A DNA stretch of 64,000 bases from Lentisphaeria bacterium UBA7640 (GTDB taxonomy: Bacteria > Verrucomicrobiota > Lentisphaeria > Victivallales > Victivallaceae), in NCBI GenBank assembly GCA_002483765.1, contig DLIO01000109.1:2455-66454 (forward strand), read 5' to 3'. The position numbers were made by a program, and so were the translations under genes. Positions within the stretch are counted from its first letter, which is position 1; the number at the start of each line of letters is the position of its first letter. The notes beneath the pieces were generated by a model. That model saw only the letters and a list, made by a program, of their open reading frames with translations. It searched no databases and was not told where the DNA came from. This document shows positions 50,200 through 59,205 of this stretch, in pieces.

Positions 50200-51553
50200 T
50201 GGCTAATTCGCGCCAAGTCTTAATCAATTTTTCTGAAGTTTTCTTCTCTGGGGGGCTGGAGCGCGGCGTTGTTTCATAACCGCCGCGGCCATAGTTCCAA
50301 GCATTTGGAATATAGCCTCCGCCGGTCTTGAGATTTCCGGTGCCATTGCTGTGCGAAACTACCATCGCCAGATAATCGCCGAAGATTGCTTTACGGACAG
50401 TCATACCAATTTCGATAAACGGTTCAGATGGCAGTGATGCGATAACCGCTTCATCTCCGAACTTAATCCCAGTCAGAAGATAATTCATGACTTCCTTTGT
50501 TTCACGCATTTGCAATAACTTTACTGCGAAAAATTTTAATGCAAAAGGGGTCTTTTTGGCTAAATCTTCAGAAGTCAAATCTTGACCTGACACTCCGTCA
50601 ACTTGAATATCGGGATACTGGTCAACAATGGCTTGGGCGGTGGCGATCTCGTCCGCTTCAAGCTGTCGCGAATTAACCGCGATTGTGCGATGAACCGTTT
50701 TGACGCTGTTTGAAACCAATGGGTTCAAGTTTGGCAGCTCTTTTGAAATGGCGTTGGCATAACCGATACCAATACGTTCCGCTTCTGCATAATTTGTTTG
50801 GTTGTTATCATTTTTAATATCAAAATGATTGATGTTACCAGCGCAACCGATTAACGGCATCACCATACTGCCAGCGCCCAACTCACTTTGCAATGCCCGG
50901 ATAGTAAAACCAGCCCAGTCGCCGGAAACATCGTTTCCTCCGATGGTATCAGTATGATTGATGATATTCGCCAACAGCACTTTTAACTTTCCATGTTGAC
51001 GAATCGCGATCAATGGGATCTCTGGATCGATATCCCCTTCTGAAGTCAGGACGTCGGGATTCAGTTTTCCAGGGTTGGTAACAACTTGCCCATCTTTCAT
51101 CCAGTAACGGCGATTGAACATAAAACGGTGTTCGGCTGCCAATCCTGACTCTAGCGATCCAGGTTGCATTTTTGCGAGCGCATCTTGGAGAGCTTCGGCA
51201 GCTTTGAAGGCGACAAATTTTATATATTCAGGATCGGAACCAACTTTGGGATTACGTACTTCCGGTGCAGTGTGAGTGTGGGTTGCGGTCATAATCAAAT
51301 TAGCGCTGTTAACCTCATTGATTCCAGCGTCGGCAAATGCTTTAGTCGTCGCTTCGTAGATCTCGGTTGAAACCGTAATCAAGTCAAACTGGACAATAAA
51401 TGCATACTGTCCATCGCTGTAAAGCGCCAATGCGCGAACCTCAATATCATCAAGCACCTTTTCCCACATTCTAGTATTAAAATAGCCAGCCAATGTGATT
51501 GGCATTTCAGGGTTGATGCAACGTCTTCCAATACCGAAATGAAATCCTTTCAT
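50189..51553 (-). CDS. Neutral/alkaline ceramidase N-terminal-domain-like hydrolase
   Basis: GIGRRCINPEMPITLAGY...DDIEVRALAL and TATHTHTAPE follow the pattern of the Ceramidase_alk family. 454 aa, and lacks the C-terminal tail domain of the 670-aa bacterial ceramidases. Confidence 0.55.
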   Translation of the reverse strand: MKGFHFGIGRRCINPEMPITLAGYFNTRMWEKVLDDIEVRALALYSDGQYAFIVQFDLITVSTEIYEATTKAFADAGINEVNSANLIMTATHTHTAPEVRNPKVGSDPEYIKFVAFKAAEALQDALAKMQPGSLESGLAAEHRFMFNRRYWMKDGQVVTNPGKLNPDVLTSEGDIDPEIPLIAIRQHGKLKVLLANIINHTDTIGGNDVSGDWAGFTIRALQSELGAGSMVMPLIGCAGNINHFDIKNDNNQTNYAEAERIGIGYANAISKELPNLNPLVSNSVKTVHRTIAVNSRQLEADEIATAQAIVDQYPDIQVDGVSGQDLTSEDLAKKTPFALKFFAVKLLQMRETKEVMNYLLTGIKFGDEAVIASLPSEPFIEIGMTVRKAIFGDYLAMVVSHSNGTGNLKTGGGYIPNAWNYGRGGYETTPRSSPPEKKTSEKLIKTWRELANEF

Positions 51554-53727
51554 TTTTCAATTTCCTTATCTTGAGTTATTTTCTCATTTATTACTTTTAC
51601 ATTTTCAGTTGATTCTGGCGAAAACTTATAAACATATATGTAGTATCCTCCAATTAGAGCGGCAATAGCCAAGCCTATCATGATCACAACCACCAACCAT
51701 TTGCGCCCGGTGTTTCGAGAGTTTTTCTTTAATTTAATCGAGGCAGTATCAATTCGGATAAACCGGGATTCCTTTGGATATGCAGGAAAATATGAGAAAA
51801 ACCGACCTGCAATGCTATCGAGTTTCATGCGTAAGTTGATAGCCCAACCGGCAGCCTCAAAAAACACACCGAGATTTCGCTTGTAAAGCTTAATCAGCGA
51901 ATAAATAATCAAAGGGGACATAAGACAAAGAAAAATCAACAACGCATAGTACGCTAAGTGCAACCCTGGCATACTGCTGAGCTGCTTAAAAACATAAGTT
52001 ATGCCACTAAAAACTGCTGCAAAACCCACACCACCAGCTAATAATAACATCGGACCATTCACCATCCCCGGTTTGGCGGTGGCGGGTGTTTTCCCTGCAG
52101 CTTGCAAGGTGTTAGCAAATTCATTACTGATGGCATCCGCAGATGCTAACTTTTCGAGTTTTTGCGAAAGCGTGTTGCCAAGTTTTAAAAACGGCAGGGT
52201 CAAGCTCTGCCAAAAGCAGATGGGACCAGGTAAAATATCAACGATTGTCGTATCCCATAAATTCCCATCCCATCCTTCGAGCAATCCGGGTTTCCCACGA
52301 TAAAACACATTACTGCTACCAGCAGTTATCGCGACGGCAATTAACTGTTCAATGATTTGATTATTTGTACTGCGGCGTGCTTTCATGTAAATAATAAATA
52401 AATTTGATTGGATTGAGATTTTCTTATGAGCTTCGATATCATTAATTCTGATACATAAATCAAAATGTTTGCCATCCATTATCAATGAACCCGCCTGCAT
52501 CATCGAGAGACGTTCAGGGTTGAACAGCTCAAAAAACGAAATATAACTCTGGACAAAACGGAAATAATACTGTTTAAATAGCAACAAGCGTTCAACGAGG
52601 TTAATGAGCTTGAGGTTATCCATGATTGTGCTGTCCTTAGCCATCAATTCGCGAAGAAGTTCTATTGCAAATTGATTGGCCACGTCATCTTTCAGACGTT
52701 CTGTCCCAAGTTTTTCCGTGGAGAGCGCGCTTTTTTCGTTAAGATAAGCTTCATAAGGAGCAAATTTATTTTTGATCTCATTCCACTCTTTGATCGAAAT
52801 TTCATCAAAGTCAAAAATCTCTGCCAATTTAATCATGTTGTCGCGATAATGTGGATTCAGGTCGCCAGAAATTTTCAATAAACCATCGAATGAAGGATGC
52901 GTTAATGGCGCGTCCGCTAAGGCTTTGGCAACTGCTGAATCATCTACCAAGTCCAACGGCGACAGTTTTTTGGGATCTTCCTCAAAACGCAACGCATTTG
53001 CTGGGTCTATTTGCAATAATTGACTGAATGAAAAATATTGATCGATTTTGGATGCCACTGCGCGATATATCGCATACGCTGGTGGCATATCTACACCGGG
53101 CATTAACATTGAATAGCTGTCGTTTTTAGCTGCCCACTCTAAATATGCATTAGCTTCCTTTAAAAATCTATCAAGCATTGGAGCGGTAATGCCAGTAATT
53201 CCAGCTGCATTTGGGGTGCCACCGAGCACCGTCACAATATCATTGAATAGTCCTTTAGCCGCTGTTCCTTCAACCGCTGATTCATTGATAATACCATCAC
53301 CTTTTAAATGCCCTGACTGGAGCCGCGCCATCGCTGAGCGTGTTTCTGCCAAAGTTATAACATTATCATCTAACTCTTTGCGGAATAACGTTTGTATCCC
53401 TTTCAACAGCTCCATGCCGATTTTAGTGTTTTGGTTAATCTCATCTGGAGAAATGGCCGGTTCTTCTTGTTCGAGAATATCTGGCGAAACTAAAACCTCA
53501 TCAAGCCACTGGAAAGCACTTTTAATGTCGTCAACGCGGATCGAACCACTCTTCGATGAATCAAGATGTTTAAAAAAAAGAGGATCACCGTTTAAAGTAT
53601 GAATTGGAGCAGAAAGTGCTGCCCACAACGCATTGTCATGATTCATGATTTCGCGTAAATCCTCAGGGGATTTAATCAAGTATTGGTAAGAGCCGCAAAG
53701 TTTTTGTAAAGTCAGATGTTTCTTCAT
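51550..53727 (-). CDS. Large hypothetical protein with an N-terminal EF-hand-like Ca-binding loop and a C-terminal multi-TM region
   Basis: 725 aa. FFKHLDSSKSGSIRVDDIKSAF fits the 12-residue EF-hand loop D-x-S-x-S-G-x-I-x-x-x-D flanked by helices. At least 3 hydrophobic helices lie in the last 170 aa. ATGA overlap with the next gene. Confidence 0.6.
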   Translation of the reverse strand: MKKHLTLQKLCGSYQYLIKSPEDLREIMNHDNALWAALSAPIHTLNGDPLFFKHLDSSKSGSIRVDDIKSAFQWLDEVLVSPDILEQEEPAISPDEINQNTKIGMELLKGIQTLFRKELDDNVITLAETRSAMARLQSGHLKGDGIINESAVEGTAAKGLFNDIVTVLGGTPNAAGITGITAPMLDRFLKEANAYLEWAAKNDSYSMLMPGVDMPPAYAIYRAVASKIDQYFSFSQLLQIDPANALRFEEDPKKLSPLDLVDDSAVAKALADAPLTHPSFDGLLKISGDLNPHYRDNMIKLAEIFDFDEISIKEWNEIKNKFAPYEAYLNEKSALSTEKLGTERLKDDVANQFAIELLRELMAKDSTIMDNLKLINLVERLLLFKQYYFRFVQSYISFFELFNPERLSMMQAGSLIMDGKHFDLCIRINDIEAHKKISIQSNLFIIYMKARRSTNNQIIEQLIAVAITAGSSNVFYRGKPGLLEGWDGNLWDTTIVDILPGPICFWQSLTLPFLKLGNTLSQKLEKLASADAISNEFANTLQAAGKTPATAKPGMVNGPMLLLAGGVGFAAVFSGITYVFKQLSSMPGLHLAYYALLIFLCLMSPLIIYSLIKLYKRNLGVFFEAAGWAINLRMKLDSIAGRFFSYFPAYPKESRFIRIDTASIKLKKNSRNTGRKWLVVVIMIGLAIAALIGGYYIYVYKFSPESTENVKVINEKITQDKEIEK

Positions 53728-53944
53728 GCTTTTCTCATAAATTAAAGTTAAATTGCATTGTTATAACTTGCCATCATTACAGAGTTTTTCCAGTCAAATA
53801 TCCAGCGATATGACGACAATAACGTTCAAACCAGATCGACATTTTCTCATTTCTCGAGTATCCTTAGGCTATCCACAAAGCTACTCAAACCACTAATATC
53901 GTTGAATCATTGAATCATTCTCTGCACAAAAACTGAAAACTAGA

Positions 53945-53985
53945 GAAATATTGCCGAATGGAAATGCCGAATGGAAATGCCGTTT
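53945..53985. repeat. 13-nt tandem repeat (tgccgaatggaaa, about 2.5-3 units)
   Basis: Units at 53952-53964 and 53965-53977, a partial third unit at 53978-53982, and an eroded partial unit upstream from about 53945. Lies in the divergent intergenic region between the 725-aa gene and the metal-efflux cluster. Confidence 0.85.
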
Positions 53986-54064
53986 ACAAACTGCTTTATC
54001 CAGCGGTTCGTACATTTTGGCCTACTCAAAGAAAAAAAAAGTACGCTTTCCACCCATAGATTTT

Positions 54065-54076
54065 AACGGCATTTCC
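54065..54076. repeat. Inverted copy (aacggcatttcc) of the last tandem unit
   Basis: Exact reverse complement of ggaaatgccgtt at 53973-53984, 80 nt away. Confidence 0.8.
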
Positions 54077-54265
54077 TAAAAAACGTGTCTGTGTACGCCG
54101 AAACAAGTGATAAATTGGAATATTGTTTTAAACAATGAATGAAATCTTTTACACAACACGATTGGTACAACCGACGCGACGTCCGTACCCAACAAAACAA
54201 TTTTTTCTTAACCTTTAAAACTCATTTCATTGTATTTTTATTTTTTGGAATTATCTTGGCTAGTC

Positions 54266-54667
54266 ATGAAAAATGTTTTGAAAAAAATTTCTATAGTACT
54301 GATTTTTACACTGGGTTTGTGTGGCGTTATCCAATTATTGCCAGCATGTCACTGCACTGAGAATGTTCTAAATCCGACTACAATCGAGTGTATTACCCAG
54401 AGCTGTTTTGAACATCTCATCGAATTTGGCGCGCCTTCAGACCAAGACTGCGCGCAATGTCGGCAGTGTCCGCATCAAGCAGAAAATAAAACCGTATTCG
54501 ATATAAATCTACAAAATAATTCTAGATACTATAAAAGTACACTCGCCGCAAAAAGTCTCGAGTCATTCCAAATAGCACACCAGTCGTTCACGCAAAAATA
54601 TCCGAACCGCAATGCTCGGATTTTCTATTTCACCGAAACCCTACGAACCGTCATCATCAGATCCTGA
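54266..54667 (+). CDS. Small exported Cys-rich hypothetical protein
   Basis: ATG at 54266 gives the signal-like MKNVLKKISIVLIFTLGLCGVIQLLPA. The mature part starts with a CHC...C...C...CAQCRQCPH cluster. Sits directly upstream of czcB/czcA. Confidence 0.5.
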   Translation: MKNVLKKISIVLIFTLGLCGVIQLLPACHCTENVLNPTTIECITQSCFEHLIEFGAPSDQDCAQCRQCPHQAENKTVFDINLQNNSRYYKSTLAAKSLESFQIAHQSFTQKYPNRNARIFYFTETLRTVIIRS

Positions 54668-54687
54668 TTGCGTTAAATTGTTTCTTT

Positions 54688-54720
54688 AAGTTCGCGCGCG
54701 CATTATGCGCGCGCGAACTT
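54688..54720. repeat. CG-rich palindromic element, copy 8 (aagttcgcgcgcgcatTatgcgcgcgcgaactt)
   Basis: Perfect 33-bp palindrome between the Cys-rich ORF and the efflux adaptor gene. The flank is AAGTT rather than AATT. Confidence 0.9.
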
Positions 54721-54765
54721 AACAACTCGATTTACGTGTATTACAAAAACAATCAAGGATCCAAA

Positions 54766-56097
54766 ATGAAGAAGAAAACTAATCTCCGTTATCTATTGAT
54801 GGTCACTTTGGCCATTATCGCAATTTTAATTATTGTCGCTTTTAAAAATCACGAACTATTTGAAAGTAAGCAAGACAAACATAACCATACTTCGGCTAAA
54901 AGCACAGAACATGCTCATGGAATAAAATGTGAGGACGATCACGATAAAGATCACGACGCCGAGAAAAAAGATGATCATACCCAAAAAGATGATCACTCAA
55001 AATGTTCGGATGAAGAGCCACAAGGCTTAAAACTTAATACCGAACAACAGCATATTGCTGGAATAAAAGTCGTTGCAGCAACAATTGGCAAAGTCGCCAA
55101 AGAACTGCATTTAAACGGTGAAATAAAATATAATGCAGAAAGAATTGCTAGAATAATGCCACGTTTACCAGGGTTTGTCAGTAAGATCAATGCGGTCACT
55201 GGACAACAGGTCAAGCAAGGTGAAATCTTGGCGGTCTTGCAAAGCCAGATGCTTGGCGAACTTTATTCAGCTTATAACGCGTCCAAAGAGCTGGAGGTAT
55301 TAAATCTTTCAGAACTAAAAATCGCTGAGCGGCTGCGTGGCACTGGTGCCATGGCTGAAGTGGATTATTTGCGAGTCAAGCGCCAATATGCGGATACCAG
55401 AATCGCTCGACGACGCAGCGAAGGAATTCTCAAATCATTGAATTACAATCCTGAACACACCCAACATGATTACCACGATGACGATTTGGCCACTATTTGT
55501 ACCGACTATGAAATGAAATCACCAATGTCTGGGGTGATTATTGAACGCGATATCGCGTTGGGTGAAAATTATGCTGAAGACAACGAAAAGCCATCATTTA
55601 TTATTGCTGACTTGAGTACATTATGGTTAGAGTTGCGAGCGCGGCAAGATGACTTATTAGAGTTAACCATCGGACAAAAAGTCAGCGTTAATATAGGTTT
55701 TGGCGCTGGTTTGTATTCCGGAAAAATTACGTATATCGGCCCTGCCCTAAACCAATCAACTCGTACGTTAACAGTCCGGGTAGAGCTTCCAAATGAAGAC
55801 GAAAAATTAAAACCAGGAATATTTGTCGGTGCAACCGTTCACCTAAATGGTGGCGAAGAGATGGTGGTGGTGCCACGTGAAGCTGTACAATTGCTGGATG
55901 GCGAGATGGTAATTTTTGTTCCAGACGGCACGGGTTTTACCCCTAAACCGGTCAAGATTGGCCGTTCGAACCGTAATTTCGTTGAAATTTTATCGGGCCT
56001 GGAAGTTGGCGATAAATTCGTCGCCAGTGGCTCATTCGCGCTGAAATCGACGATATTGCTGGAAGGGATGGATCCGCATGCTGGTCATGGTCATTAA
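54766..56097 (+). CDS. RND efflux periplasmic adaptor (CzcB/CusB-like) with His/Asp-rich N-terminal segment
   Basis: TM anchor, then KHNHTSAKSTEHAHGIKCEDDHDKDHDAEKKDDHTQKDDHSKCSDEE, then barrel-sandwich/beta-barrel MFP regions, and C-terminal HAGHGH. ATG at 54766 with an AAGGA RBS. Confidence 0.85.
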   Translation: MKKKTNLRYLLMVTLAIIAILIIVAFKNHELFESKQDKHNHTSAKSTEHAHGIKCEDDHDKDHDAEKKDDHTQKDDHSKCSDEEPQGLKLNTEQQHIAGIKVVAATIGKVAKELHLNGEIKYNAERIARIMPRLPGFVSKINAVTGQQVKQGEILAVLQSQMLGELYSAYNASKELEVLNLSELKIAERLRGTGAMAEVDYLRVKRQYADTRIARRRSEGILKSLNYNPEHTQHDYHDDDLATICTDYEMKSPMSGVIIERDIALGENYAEDNEKPSFIIADLSTLWLELRARQDDLLELTIGQKVSVNIGFGAGLYSGKITYIGPALNQSTRTLTVRVELPNEDEKLKPGIFVGATVHLNGGEEMVVVPREAVQLLDGEMVIFVPDGTGFTPKPVKIGRSNRNFVEILSGLEVGDKFVASGSFALKSTILLEGMDPHAGHGH

Positions 56098-56112
56098 AAA
56101 GGAGAATTTCGC

Positions 56113-59100
56113 ATGATTGAAAAAATTATTAAAACTGTAGTTCAATTCAGAGCTTTGACTCTCATCATAATCCTAGCCTTGACGAGCTATGGAGTTTATT
56201 CATATATCGATTCGCCACGCGATGCGTTCCCAGATATTTCGCCAGTAATGGTGCCGATTTTTGCTGAAGCCGATGGTATGGCACCGGAGGAGATTGAACG
56301 CTTAATCACTATTCCGATTGAAACCTCAATGAGCGGATTGCCTGATGTCAGCCTAGTTAAATCAACTTCAGCTTTTGGAATGGCGGTGATTTATGTATAT
56401 TTCGAAGATCAGGTTGATACCTATTTCGCACGACAGCTGGTGTCAGAACGCTTATCCGCGACAGTATTACCAGAAAATGTCCAAGCGCCGGCACTTGGCC
56501 CGATTTCTAGTGGACTCGGCCAGGTTTTTATCTATTATCTGGACGTCGATAAAAGTGTCGATACTACTGGCAAAGATGTCGGCGCGTATCTGCGTGAATT
56601 AAATGATTTTGTCGTTAAACGCCAACTACAAACGGTTTCTGGAGTGACTACGATATTGTCAATGGGCGGACATGTGCTTCAATATCAGATTTCGCTAAAT
56701 CCAGATCAGATGCGGCGATACGATATTTCTCTCGATGATGTAACCAGAACTGTAGTCGCTAACAATCGCAATGTTGGCGGTCAATATGTTGTGCTGGGTG
56801 CTGAAGAATTCCTAGTTCGAGGCATCGGATTACTGGAAAACATGGACGATATTCGTAATTTGCCATTGAGAACTGCAGATGGCATCACCGTTACTATCGC
56901 TGACATTGGCACCGTGGAATATGGTCATGAAGTGCGCCGCGGTTTAGTCAGCCTTAACGGAGAAAAAGAGATCGTCGCTGGAATTGTGCTGAAACTTAAT
57001 AGTGCAAACACGCTGGAAGTTATCACTGCATTGCACCAAAAGATTGACGAAATTCAAACAGGCTTGCCTAAAGGTGTAAAGATTGTCCCTTACTACGACC
57101 AAGCCAACTTAGTCGAAAACGCGGCAAAAACTATGGAAAACGCGCTTCTTCAGGGCGTGATTTTAGTCGTGATTCTGTTAGCGTTATCGATGTGGAACTG
57201 GCGAGCTGCGCTGATTGTGACCTTCACCATGCCATTTTGTGCGGCGGTCGCGATCATTGCAATGCGCCAATTCAATATTTCCGCAAACTTGATGTCGCTT
57301 GGTGGCATCGCGGTCGCGCTCGGGATGTTGGTGGATGGTTCGATCATTGTGGTGGAAAATATTTCAAGACACTTAAATCTTCCCGAAAACCACGGCTTCA
57401 GTCGTTCAGAAATAATTATAAAATCAACGATTGAAGTTGGCCGTCCGATTGTTTTCGCGTTGTTAATCGTCATTTCGGTATTTATTCCATTATTCATGCT
57501 TGAAGGCGTGGAAGGAAAGATGTTCAAACCGATGGCTTTCTCGGTAGTAGTGGCATTATTTGGTTCCATTTTCGCCGCAGTGGTTTGCGTTCCAGTATTA
57601 GCTACATTTATGATGAGAAGCTCTAATCGCGCCAAAGGTTTGCGTCGAACTATGACAAACCGTTTTTATCGCCCGCTGTTGCAACAAGCTTTGCGGATTC
57701 GTTGGATTTTATTTTTGATAATGTCGGTAGGAATTATTTTTAGTGTGTTTACACTTCAAAGAACGGGCCGCGAATTTATGCCTACACTGGAAGAGGGATC
57801 GTTATGGGTAACCGTCATGATGGCGCCCTCAATCAGCCTGAATGAGGCGGAAAAAGTAATCCGTGTACTTGATCGGATAATTCTGGAACATGATGAAGTA
57901 AAAAGCACGGTTTCGCGGATTGGACGCCCTGAAGCTGGCAGCCATCCGCATCCAGTTAATTTTGCGGAAATCCAGGTTGAATTGAGCCCGAAAGACGGGA
58001 AAATTGCTGGGGCAATTAAACGGCAACAGATCGTCGCGGAACTGCGGAAAAAGCTCAAAATTTATCCTGGAGTTAATATTAATTTTTCACAACCGATTCA
58101 AAATGTCTTTGAAGAGCTGTTGTCTGGAACCCGTGCTTATTTTGCGATTAAACTTTATGGCGAAAATCTTGATATCTTGCAAACCAAAGCTGAAGAAATT
58201 CGACACGCCGTAGCAGAGGTCCCTGGAGTCGTCGATCTAGCGACAGAGCAAAATTACGGTCAACCGCAGATTCAAGTTGTTTTGAACCGCGACAAAGCTG
58301 CGCGACTGGGGGTGTCTGGCAGCGAAGTGATGCAATTGATCGAGAGTGCAGTTGGAGGCGAAAACATCAGCACAATTTATCAAAACACCCGCCGTTACCA
58401 TATCAATATGCGGGTGGCTGAACAATTTCGAAACGACCCTGCTGCGCTTGGAGAATTGCCAATCAAAATAGGTAACGACACAATACCGCTGCGGCATGTC
58501 GCCGAAATTAAGATCACAACTGGCCCAATTCAGATAAACCGTGAAAAAAATCAACGATGCTGGGCGGTTCAGGGAAATATCTCAGGACGTTCCGCCAGTC
58601 ATATAGTGACCGACATGCGCCAGGTAATAGCGGATAAAATCGTATTACCTCCGGGCTATTTTGTGGAGTTTGGAGGTCAGTTTGAAAATCAGGAACGGGT
58701 AATGCGTAAACTAGCAATCATCGTTCCACTGGTAATCTCAATGATTTTCATGTTACTTTGGGGATCGTTCAAATCGTTGCGCAGCGCGATGATTGTAATT
58801 ACCAATGTGCCACTAGCCTTGATTGGCGGCGTTATCGGCTTATGGATGACTGGCCAAGCGCTGTCGGTGCCGGCAGCGGTAGGGTTTATTGCTTTATTAG
58901 GAATTGCAATGCAGGACGGGGTCGTTATGGTTAGCGAATTCGATGAGTTGCGACGTTCTGGAACGCCGCTTCAGGAAGCGATTTTCCACGGTAGTGAAAT
59001 TCGATTTCGTTCCGTGATTTTAACCACTTTGACCACACTTCTAGGCTTACTACCATTGTTGCTGTCGCAGGGGATCGGAGCGGAGGTGCAGCGTCCATTA

Positions 59101-59199
59101 GCGGCAATTGTCATCTTTGGTTTGTCGTCCTCGACGTTATTAACACTATTTGTGCTACCGTCGTTATACTACGAAGTCGAGCGCAGGTTTATAAAATGA
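56113..59199 (+). CDS. Heavy-metal efflux RND pump, CzcA/CusA family
   Basis: 1028 aa with a 12-TM RND layout. Typical HME-family blocks: N-terminal IIEKIIKTVVQFRALTLII, GGIAVALGMLVDGSIIVVENI, GLLPLLLSQGIGAEVQRPLA. Confidence 0.92.
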   Translation: MIEKIIKTVVQFRALTLIIILALTSYGVYSYIDSPRDAFPDISPVMVPIFAEADGMAPEEIERLITIPIETSMSGLPDVSLVKSTSAFGMAVIYVYFEDQVDTYFARQLVSERLSATVLPENVQAPALGPISSGLGQVFIYYLDVDKSVDTTGKDVGAYLRELNDFVVKRQLQTVSGVTTILSMGGHVLQYQISLNPDQMRRYDISLDDVTRTVVANNRNVGGQYVVLGAEEFLVRGIGLLENMDDIRNLPLRTADGITVTIADIGTVEYGHEVRRGLVSLNGEKEIVAGIVLKLNSANTLEVITALHQKIDEIQTGLPKGVKIVPYYDQANLVENAAKTMENALLQGVILVVILLALSMWNWRAALIVTFTMPFCAAVAIIAMRQFNISANLMSLGGIAVALGMLVDGSIIVVENISRHLNLPENHGFSRSEIIIKSTIEVGRPIVFALLIVISVFIPLFMLEGVEGKMFKPMAFSVVVALFGSIFAAVVCVPVLATFMMRSSNRAKGLRRTMTNRFYRPLLQQALRIRWILFLIMSVGIIFSVFTLQRTGREFMPTLEEGSLWVTVMMAPSISLNEAEKVIRVLDRIILEHDEVKSTVSRIGRPEAGSHPHPVNFAEIQVELSPKDGKIAGAIKRQQIVAELRKKLKIYPGVNINFSQPIQNVFEELLSGTRAYFAIKLYGENLDILQTKAEEIRHAVAEVPGVVDLATEQNYGQPQIQVVLNRDKAARLGVSGSEVMQLIESAVGGENISTIYQNTRRYHINMRVAEQFRNDPAALGELPIKIGNDTIPLRHVAEIKITTGPIQINREKNQRCWAVQGNISGRSASHIVTDMRQVIADKIVLPPGYFVEFGGQFENQERVMRKLAIIVPLVISMIFMLLWGSFKSLRSAMIVITNVPLALIGGVIGLWMTGQALSVPAAVGFIALLGIAMQDGVVMVSEFDELRRSGTPLQEAIFHGSEIRFRSVILTTLTTLLGLLPLLLSQGIGAEVQRPLAAIVIFGLSSSTLLTLFVLPSLYYEVERRFIK

Positions 59200-59205
59200 G
59201 CTATA

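Noticed and set aside
53189-53602. 137-aa plus-strand ORF inside the 725-aa gene
   Set aside because: Antisense shadow. The long uninterrupted minus-strand frame with translational coupling is the better model.
53945-53985. CRISPR-like array
   Set aside because: The repeats are 13 nt and directly abutting without spacers, and no cas genes are present. This is a short tandem repeat.
54139-54360. 73-aa plus-strand ORF overlapping the start of the Cys-rich gene
   Set aside because: It is in a different frame and has no RBS. The 54266 start gives a coherent signal peptide.
57150-57635. 161-aa antisense ORF inside czcA
   Set aside because: Shadow ORF. The sense strand encodes conserved RND transmembrane blocks.
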